Virus record (IMG/VR): IMGVR_UViG_3300035180_002210
Coordinates: 1 to 64,000 of that record
Direction: 5' to 3' (one strand)
DNA length: 64,000 nucleotides
Source of the DNA: a virus
Position 1 is the first letter of the stretch. Each line of letters opens with the position of its first letter. Below, in pieces: positions 46,037-53,107 of this stretch. The notes below the pieces were generated by a model, which ran no database searches, was not told the DNA's origin, and saw only the letters and a list, made by a program, of their open reading frames with translations. The position numbers were made by a program, and so were the translations under genes.

Positions 46037-49000
46037 TGCAACTATTCAGTAAGGCTATCCAGAACCAGTTTAAGCAGCTCGATCTATTTCACCAGCAAAC
46101 GTCGTTATTCGATCCGCAGCCAGGGCAGGAGAAGGAATTTGCTGAAGGTGACCGGCGGAAGCTTCAAATGGCGAAGAATGGGAAGTTACGTTGGATGAAC
46201 GCGGACGCCGATTCAATGGCCGCAGACCTGAATAAGAAATTTACGGACTACGTAGGCGCGCTGGATGAAACGGAGTTTTGCCTTACAGCCAGACAGTACC
46301 GGGCATATAAAGGGCTGGAGTTTTCCGGCGGGACAACCAAGATACAGAGCCCGGCAGACGCAGCGTATTTGTTTAAGCAGCTCAGGGAAGAAGCAATTGA
46401 ACATGCTTTTGCGGTACATGTGAATAAGGATGGGGATGCGGTAGTACAGCATTTAGGGACAGGGAAGTTTGATGAATCGGTTGTTGACAGGCAAGCACTT
46501 ATATCAATGGCAAAAGACTTCGAATCGAAGGAAATCTATTTTGTTCATAATCACCCCAGCGGGAATTTACAACCGAGCCGTGATGACGCCTATGTATTGG
46601 GGCTGATGCAGAGCGAATTTTCGGGCACCGATACCACGCTGAAGGGTATTATTGTTGATACTTTAGAGAATAAGTTCACTGAGTTCAATCCTCAACAAGG
46701 CTTTACAACAGATTTGATAGCGGAGGCCCCAGAGCAGGAAAGGAGTTATCCCGTACTTGCTTTTTCAAAACAATATTTCTACGCCGATATCTCAATTAAT
46801 AAAAAAATACTCCACCCCGATGATGTAGCGGGGTATATCCAGGCAAGCAGGTTCAGCAGCGGAGAGGTGTACCAATTATTGACGCTGAATATTGCGAATA
46901 AGGTTATTGGGCGCTTTAATCTAACCAAAATGAAATATAGCTATGACCAGGCGAGCCTTGACGAAATAGCCTGGTTAACACTTCATTCCGGAGGCAGTGG
47001 CTGCATATTAATGAGCGGTGAAGAACGACTGCCGGGTGAAGCGCTAAGAGATAAATTAAAGCATTATAGCGTAAATTTACTCGATTATATACGCATATCG
47101 CCAGAAAAAAGAAAATTCACGAGCATGGAGGCAAACGGCTTCTCTTATGATATACCGGCAGGGAATGACAGCCCGACCGGGCAGGATTATTCGAATGCGG
47201 CGGAGCCAGCTACATCCTATAATACCACCAGGAAGGGATATGCTAAATTTGATGCAAACACGGCCAGCCCAGAGGAGCTAAGAAAAATCCCAGTTGAGGA
47301 CCTTACGTTCAGCGATAAGAAAAAGCTTTATCCCCGATTAATAGAAGCATACAAAAAAGCTAAAGAAGAGCTTAGTGCCTTATGGAAAAATCAGGGGAAA
47401 GGCGGCGAATGGTTTATCCCGGAAGCAGCAACATTTTTGCCGGCAAAATTTTTCCATTATCCGGTGAGCAAAGCGGAGAATAAGGAATTGTATGATAAAA
47501 TTCAGGCTGCCAAGGGGAGATATGAGGCTTTGAAGTCTGTTTATGATAAAATATATGACAATTTACTTGTTGAGATTGACGATAAAGGGAAAATTTCTGT
47601 TAATTGTGATAACGAGTTTGATTGCGGCAGTTACGAAAAGGGTGTTGCCTTTTTGCAAAAGCTCGAACCATCACTGTATGAAGCTTTTATGAAGGATAAG
47701 AGCAGACCATCCACGGGACTATTCGGGAAAAGTGTAGTTATATTCGGGAAATCGTTAAAACCTACGATGCCATCTGTTAGTAAAGCACCGGCCACCCAAC
47801 CGGGACAGGAGAAGCCCGGCCACAAATATGTGAAGCGTGAACGGGATCAGAAACACCCCGGGAAATACATTTATTATTATAAAATGCCGAACGGGCAGAT
47901 TGAGGCGAGCAATGACGCCAACGGCCCGGATAAATCACCGGCGGCACCGGATAATGCAGTACCAGGCAATACCGCGCATGATACACAGGCAGAAAACTTT
48001 ACTCAGGACCAAGGCGACGGCCAGCAGCAAACACAGAACAATGATCAGCAGCAGGGAGCGGCGCAGGATCCGGCAGCAGCAGCGGAAGCAAAGAAGAATG
48101 CCGATGATCCGGACTATGTTGACTACGCCAGAATCAAAAAGGTTTATGGCCTACGCCAGCCGGAGATTCAGGTAATTGAAAACCTTGCAACAGACTACAT
48201 GCGAAAGGCGAAATTCCAGAAAGGAAGATTCCTTGAGGATGTTGATGCTATTTGTGAGGAAGGCGGGATAAAAGGAGTTTTGCCGAGCATTCGCTTTGGT
48301 GAGTTCGCCGTAAAGGGCAAAGGGAGTATTTTTGACAAAGCGCTGAGGAATATTGCCAAGGGAAGGCCGGAAAAGAACTATGAGTTTTCGGATATCCTAC
48401 GGACAACGATTGTGATTAACAGCCCGAAGCAGGCAAAGAAGCTGAGAAGTTTGCTGGAAAAGAAAGGGTATGAATTTTTAGAAGATGAAAATTTGTACGA
48501 TAGTACCACACCCGGATATAAACATATTGCCTGGAAGGTCAGGCGGGGCAAGGACGATCCGTTGGTGAAAGAAATTCTACTAATGCGGCCTAACATGCTG
48601 GAAGCAAAATTCGGGCTGGGACACGGGCTTTATGACGTTGAGAAGCATATTATTAAACTTATGCCGAAGATTGAAAGGCACAAAGACCTTGCAGGGTTTC
48701 TAACCGGGGTGAAAGAAATTTTAGGTTCGCACATGAGCCAGTTTTATGAAGACGCATATTACCGGGATTTAGAGGAAGAGGGCGGAGCTGCGCTTGATGA
48801 TCATGCCGGTTCAACTGTGAAAGAACCATCTTCGCGTTCTTCATATTCGACAGAGACGGACCCGAGTGAAACGAACGCTACAAGCAATTCTTCGAGTTTG
48901 CCTTCTGCGGCTAAAGACTTATCGAGCAGCACAATGACATCACTGATGGGCTTTTTGAATGACATGTGGCAGCCGATTTCAGCTAATTTATCTACTTCTT

Positions 49001-49158
49001 CAGGAGTGAGTCCGAGGCGCTCTGCCAAGGCAGCAAAGATAGATTCTATTTTCTCTTTCATCGTTGAACCATTGGGTAAGTTGCATAAAAAATACAGTCA
49101 GAATATAATCAATAAGAGTACCAGATTCAAGCGGTTCTTTAGTACCAAGGTGAAATAA
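46036..49158 (+). CDS. Polyvalent protein 3: JAB/RadC-like domains and RelA/SpoT-like nucleotidyltransferase
   Basis: E...FVHNHPSG.LQPS.DD (intact JAB) followed by a degenerate copy; VK...SIFDK...SDILRTTI...GYKH...EILL...GH.LYD (RelA/SpoT-like, ~48300-48770). Confidence 0.75.
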   Translation: MQLFSKAIQNQFKQLDLFHQQTSLFDPQPGQEKEFAEGDRRKLQMAKNGKLRWMNADADSMAADLNKKFTDYVGALDETEFCLTARQYRAYKGLEFSGGTTKIQSPADAAYLFKQLREEAIEHAFAVHVNKDGDAVVQHLGTGKFDESVVDRQALISMAKDFESKEIYFVHNHPSGNLQPSRDDAYVLGLMQSEFSGTDTTLKGIIVDTLENKFTEFNPQQGFTTDLIAEAPEQERSYPVLAFSKQYFYADISINKKILHPDDVAGYIQASRFSSGEVYQLLTLNIANKVIGRFNLTKMKYSYDQASLDEIAWLTLHSGGSGCILMSGEERLPGEALRDKLKHYSVNLLDYIRISPEKRKFTSMEANGFSYDIPAGNDSPTGQDYSNAAEPATSYNTTRKGYAKFDANTASPEELRKIPVEDLTFSDKKKLYPRLIEAYKKAKEELSALWKNQGKGGEWFIPEAATFLPAKFFHYPVSKAENKELYDKIQAAKGRYEALKSVYDKIYDNLLVEIDDKGKISVNCDNEFDCGSYEKGVAFLQKLEPSLYEAFMKDKSRPSTGLFGKSVVIFGKSLKPTMPSVSKAPATQPGQEKPGHKYVKRERDQKHPGKYIYYYKMPNGQIEASNDANGPDKSPAAPDNAVPGNTAHDTQAENFTQDQGDGQQQTQNNDQQQGAAQDPAAAAEAKKNADDPDYVDYARIKKVYGLRQPEIQVIENLATDYMRKAKFQKGRFLEDVDAICEEGGIKGVLPSIRFGEFAVKGKGSIFDKALRNIAKGRPEKNYEFSDILRTTIVINSPKQAKKLRSLLEKKGYEFLEDENLYDSTTPGYKHIAWKVRRGKDDPLVKEILLMRPNMLEAKFGLGHGLYDVEKHIIKLMPKIERHKDLAGFLTGVKEILGSHMSQFYEDAYYRDLEEEGGAALDDHAGSTVKEPSSRSSYSTETDPSETNATSNSSSLPSAAKDLSSSTMTSLMGFLNDMWQPISANLSTSSGVSPRRSAKAAKIDSIFSFIVEPLGKLHKKYSQNIINKSTRFKRFFSTKVK
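48801..49061 (-). CDS. 86-aa acidic protein nested antisense in the 3' end of polyvalent gene 3
   Basis: Natural amphipathic sequence (MKEKIESIFAALAERLGLTPEEVDKLAE...), while the sense frame here reads as a Ser-rich shadow; has its own promoter. Confidence 0.7.
   Translation of the reverse strand: MKEKIESIFAALAERLGLTPEEVDKLAEIGCHMSFKKPISDVIVLLDKSLAAEGKLEELLVAFVSLGSVSVEYEEREDGSFTVEPA
49102..49130 (-). promoter_or_regulatory. Antisense sigma70 promoter inside the coding sequence
   Basis: TTGAAT-17 nt-TATATT, about 40 nt upstream of ATG 49061. Confidence 0.7.
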
Positions 49159-50069
49159 TGGCCGGTCATTTCGAGATCAAATATGATTACGATTTGTCAC
49201 CGCTGCGCGATTTCTTTATCATGGTTAAGAACCGGCTGGAAACACCGCAGAGTAATCTTGTAGAGGCCGTGCAGGCGGCGGGGAACATGGTAATGAATGA
49301 ATGGATAAGCGCGGCAAACAACAGGTTCCGCCATTCGAACGGAGGCTACGCTCAGGGGATTGTACAGGGGGTTAAATATCCGTTTCAGGATAATCCACTA
49401 CACTTTGTTATTGAGCATACCAAAAAATACGCGACCTGGATTGAGCAGGGATATGATCCGTTTGATATGAAGAAAATGCTGCAGACGAGCAACAAGGTTC
49501 GTGTTTCCAAGGAAGGGCACAAATACTTAGTTATTCCCTTTCGCCACGGTACTCCCGGGTCCAAGACGATGGAGGCCATGCCGAAAGAAATTTACCAGCA
49601 GGCCAGAGAGCTTAAACAGAGTACCATCACCGGCCGGTTTCTGGAAGGCAGCCAGCAGGGCGCGAAGGGTTACAATGACGCGCAATTACTCAGGCAGTAT
49701 AATCCTAAAAAGGTTGAGCGTAACCGTTATAAATGGGGTGAGCAGCTTACGGACAAAGGAGCGGACGGTAAATACAGCAGATATGACGGTATGACCAGGT
49801 TTAACCGGAATGTAGCGAACGTGCGGGCCATAAACGGCGTACAGGCACCGACAGGGAAGTTTGCACTCAATTCCACAACCGAAGATTCACCGAATTACAG
49901 CTCATATTTCACTTTCAGGGTGATGAGCGAAATTTCGGAAGGCTGGATTAACCCGGGCGCGCCGGGGATGTACATATTGAAAGATGTGATCGAGCGGACA
50001 TCGGAGCGGGTTTACCAGATGATGGCCCGGGGGATAAAGCTTGATATGCGGGAAATGGGTTTTTCATAA
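49158..50069 (+). CDS. Virion morphogenesis / neck protein
   Basis: YA.WIEQG..PFDMK...YLVIPFRH...Y.TFR.MS...GWI.PG. Confidence 0.65.
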   Translation: MAGHFEIKYDYDLSPLRDFFIMVKNRLETPQSNLVEAVQAAGNMVMNEWISAANNRFRHSNGGYAQGIVQGVKYPFQDNPLHFVIEHTKKYATWIEQGYDPFDMKKMLQTSNKVRVSKEGHKYLVIPFRHGTPGSKTMEAMPKEIYQQARELKQSTITGRFLEGSQQGAKGYNDAQLLRQYNPKKVERNRYKWGEQLTDKGADGKYSRYDGMTRFNRNVANVRAINGVQAPTGKFALNSTTEDSPNYSSYFTFRVMSEISEGWINPGAPGMYILKDVIERTSERVYQMMARGIKLDMREMGFS

Positions 50070-50104
50070 TTAACAAACAAAGGGTAATATAAGTAAAAAA
50101 ATCC

Positions 50105-50133
50105 TTGACAAAGAATCAAGAGCTTATTAAGTT
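50105..50133 (+). promoter_or_regulatory. Sigma70 promoter of a moron-like unit
   Basis: TTGACA-17 nt-TAAGTT upstream of AGGACAG and ATG 50167. Confidence 0.6.
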
Positions 50134-50166
50134 TCTGACGGACATTGAAAACAAGAAGGACAGCAG

Positions 50167-50664
50167 ATGAAATTTCAAGGCAGAGAAATTAAGCACCCGG
50201 TCAGAGAACTACGCAAACTACTCCGCACGCTATTGTTATGCACGATTTGTGCAGCGATTGAAAAGCACAAAATCCATAAAGTACAGCCATACCCGATTGA
50301 CTCCGAATTCCCAGGTGAAAAGCGAATCCATGTTATCGTGAAGGCCCAGCCACGCTACTTTTCTCCTTTCCTTTATATCGGGTTCGTAATCTGTTTTTTA
50401 CAGACAGTTTGGCGTGAAGGATTAAAAACTGCGTTTACCGATACACCAGGGCAATTCGCGTTCTCAAGACCTACAATAACAGAAGATGATTTTGCAATTC
50501 TGGAAACAGGTAAATGTCCGGCGCGAGTGAATGGCTCGTTTAAGCTTTCGCCCACAACCGGCATACAGGAGGTTGATTATTCTTCACCATCCGTCCAGGG
50601 AGGAAAGATGCTGGCGGAAGAGATCCGGAAGTATTTAGTGAAATACGCGGAGGAACTGAAATGA
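50167..50664 (+). CDS. Hypothetical protein
   Basis: RBS present; one hydrophobic segment. Confidence 0.6.
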   Translation: MKFQGREIKHPVRELRKLLRTLLLCTICAAIEKHKIHKVQPYPIDSEFPGEKRIHVIVKAQPRYFSPFLYIGFVICFLQTVWREGLKTAFTDTPGQFAFSRPTITEDDFAILETGKCPARVNGSFKLSPTTGIQEVDYSSPSVQGGKMLAEEIRKYLVKYAEELK

Positions 50665-51308
50665 AATACTTCTCCGTTGATATTGAGACTACGTCAGACG
50701 ATCCGGAAACCGGACAGATACTGCAGGTTGCGGTTGTGTTTGAGGACACTGAAAAGCCGCTGCCTATCGGAGAGCTCCCGTTTATAAGTTTTATCATAAA
50801 TCATAGGATTTTCCAGGGAGACGCATATTGCCTGAGCATGAATAACTGGATATTCAATATGCTGGCCGATCATCAACGCAGGCCGGATTTACCAGTCTAT
50901 TTTCCAAGCGAAGCAGCCCAGATGATGTTTGCTTTCATGTATAATTGCCTTAACCCGGATAACCCACTTCGGCAATTAACAATAAATATAGCGGGTAAAA
51001 ACTTCGCTAATTTCGATTTCAACTTTTTGAAGAAGCTACCAGGATGGAAGCACAGTTTTGGATCCCATGATACACTGAATCTTAAAGAGCCGATTTGCCA
51101 CCGGTTTATTGATCCGGCTATTCTCTATGTGGATTGGACCAAGGATAATTGCCTGCCGTCGTTCGATGAATGCCTAAAACGCGCCGGGATAGGGTACGGG
51201 GTGAAACATAACGCAGTTGATGACGCGCGGGATATTATTAAATTGATACGGAGGCATAGGAAGCATGAAGCGATTTCAAAAACAGAGGACGAGGCTAACA
51301 ATGGCTGA
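50661..51308 (+). CDS. DEDDh 3'-5' exonuclease
   Basis: SVDIETT, AGKNFANFD, RFIDP and HNAVDDA motifs. Confidence 0.85.
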   Translation: MKYFSVDIETTSDDPETGQILQVAVVFEDTEKPLPIGELPFISFIINHRIFQGDAYCLSMNNWIFNMLADHQRRPDLPVYFPSEAAQMMFAFMYNCLNPDNPLRQLTINIAGKNFANFDFNFLKKLPGWKHSFGSHDTLNLKEPICHRFIDPAILYVDWTKDNCLPSFDECLKRAGIGYGVKHNAVDDARDIIKLIRRHRKHEAISKTEDEANNG

Positions 51309-51361
51309 GCAACGCAAAAAACCCCACTTCGATTGGATGCTGACTGAATATTTCTCCGGAG

Positions 51362-51721
51362 GTGAAGTTAATGTTTAGATGGATTTTACATTTATACCGT
51401 CATCCCAATACCGATTATATACGATACCCCTTGAAAAGATTGATATGTTATTTCAGAGGACACAGTTATATCGAGATATTTTGCTTAAACTTTCCTCTTG
51501 GGTATTTATGGAAGCGAGTATGTACTCATTGTTGGCATGTTGAGAAAGAATGGGCGCCAACTCAGGAAGAGATAACCAGGGAACATATACGGTCAGCGCA
51601 TGGAGTGCAAAGATGGATGGACATGTTATTCGAGGGTACCCTTGAATATAAACCTAAAAAAGTAATTTTAAGCCAAAGGCGGGATGCTCCGGAAGAGCCG
51701 GAGAAGGAGCGGGAAACGTAA
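51362..51721 (+). CDS. Hypothetical protein with Cys/His motif
   Basis: LICYFRGH...CTHC; start uncertain. Confidence 0.5.
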   Translation: MKLMFRWILHLYRHPNTDYIRYPLKRLICYFRGHSYIEIFCLNFPLGYLWKRVCTHCWHVEKEWAPTQEEITREHIRSAHGVQRWMDMLFEGTLEYKPKKVILSQRRDAPEEPEKERET

Positions 51722-51749
51722 TCCCTAAAGATCCCAAGCTACGGTTAAA

Positions 51750-51796
51750 TAGTGCAAAAAACAGACTAAAAAAAACGGGGAATCGTGCCGAAATTT
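51750..51796 (+). promoter_or_regulatory. Late promoter motif copy (upstream of tail operon)
   Basis: Exact 21-bp copy of TAGTGCAAAAAACAGACTAAA (38832); AAATTT 41 nt after the motif start. Confidence 0.7.
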
Positions 51797-51840
51797 CCGC
51801 CGTAATAATCTTTTTGTATTCTCATTGTAAACTACAGAGT

Positions 51841-52749
51841 ATGGTACAACCATTAACTGAAATTTCCATAAAAGCATCGGCGTTCGGCGGTCAGCTTGAC
51901 ATTGCCTGGACTTTCCCGGAGGTACTGCCTGATAAATATAAGGTTTACCTGTTCAGGAGAGCCAACGAGGCTGTTTCCGACAATGATGATATAGCCCGCT
52001 ATTTCCAAAATATAAATAATCTGGTCAGGTATGACTATAAAGGATTATGGGTATTTGACCGGATTTCGCCTTTGGTTGAAATTATTGGAGATCAGAAGGT
52101 TTACAATGACAAGACATACTACTACAAAGCGATAATCCGAGACGAAGATTCCGCAGAATACAGCGAAGCCGTTAGTGCCTACGGCATTCCTCATCCAGAT
52201 ATAAAAGTAAATATAACCGACGGCAAGGATGTAGTTGAGCAGGCGGTAAGCCGGATGTTCGACAGTGTTTACGACGTGACGGGCAAAAAAGTTGTTCTTT
52301 CCAAGGACATCAATATTGTGAAGCAATTTTCAATTGAACCCATAGGTTCAAATTGGGTGATGATCGAGCGGGTAAACGGATCGACACAAAACGCATTCTG
52401 GGGAGGCATACTGCTGACCAACAAGGATAAAATTCAGAAAGGGGAACTGGATGTAGATATTATCCGCTGCACATTTATGACGATGGACGGCACCGACCGC
52501 AGAGATAAAGCAGCCCAGATTTTCCGTTCGATGAAACAGCAATTAATTTCATCCTGCAAGGCCAGCGGCGCCTATGAGTGCGTTATTTCCCTCGAAGGCG
52601 ATTATTACAACCCGCAGGTACACGGAGTTAACGCCCTGGGGTTTATTGCGGTGTTTAACCTGGTCATTGAGAATAAATTCCAGATACCGAACCCGTCACC
52701 GGTGAGCAGTGTAGATATTCAGGATTCACCAATTAACAGCGATATATAA
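51841..52749 (+). CDS. Tail completion/terminator-like protein with N-terminal beta-sandwich
   Basis: Position before the sheath; FN3-like I.W...Y.LFR...TYYYKA. Confidence 0.5.
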   Translation: MVQPLTEISIKASAFGGQLDIAWTFPEVLPDKYKVYLFRRANEAVSDNDDIARYFQNINNLVRYDYKGLWVFDRISPLVEIIGDQKVYNDKTYYYKAIIRDEDSAEYSEAVSAYGIPHPDIKVNITDGKDVVEQAVSRMFDSVYDVTGKKVVLSKDINIVKQFSIEPIGSNWVMIERVNGSTQNAFWGGILLTNKDKIQKGELDVDIIRCTFMTMDGTDRRDKAAQIFRSMKQQLISSCKASGAYECVISLEGDYYNPQVHGVNALGFIAVFNLVIENKFQIPNPSPVSSVDIQDSPINSDI

Positions 52750-52750
52750 A

Positions 52751-53086
52751 ATGAGCAAGAAAAAATTACCGGATAACCCGGGGATAGAGGCCTTAACCAT
52801 TGAAGCAGCTTTGCAGCTTAACCAGATTACCGACCAGCAGATAGCAGCCCAATGTTTGGATATAGCCGAGAGCGAAGGCGAAGCGGCAGCCCGATTCCTT
52901 CTGGCTCAGGCATTAAGTGGCCCGGTGAGCATCGAGTCAATTAACCAGTACCCGGACCAGGCAGAATTTAACAACCGGCTGGAGAACTACAGAGAGCAGT
53001 ATTTACGGAGCTTAGTTGTTCAGGATCCGCAGCAGGAAGCTACCCTTTACGACAAGCTCGACCGAGCGAAAACTTTTTTAATCTAA
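52751..53086 (+). CDS. Hypothetical protein
   Basis: 111 aa within the tail operon. Confidence 0.65.
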   Translation: MSKKKLPDNPGIEALTIEAALQLNQITDQQIAAQCLDIAESEGEAAARFLLAQALSGPVSIESINQYPDQAEFNNRLENYREQYLRSLVVQDPQQEATLYDKLDRAKTFLI

Positions 53087-53107
53087 TTAGTATGAAAGGA
53101 TATTGAG

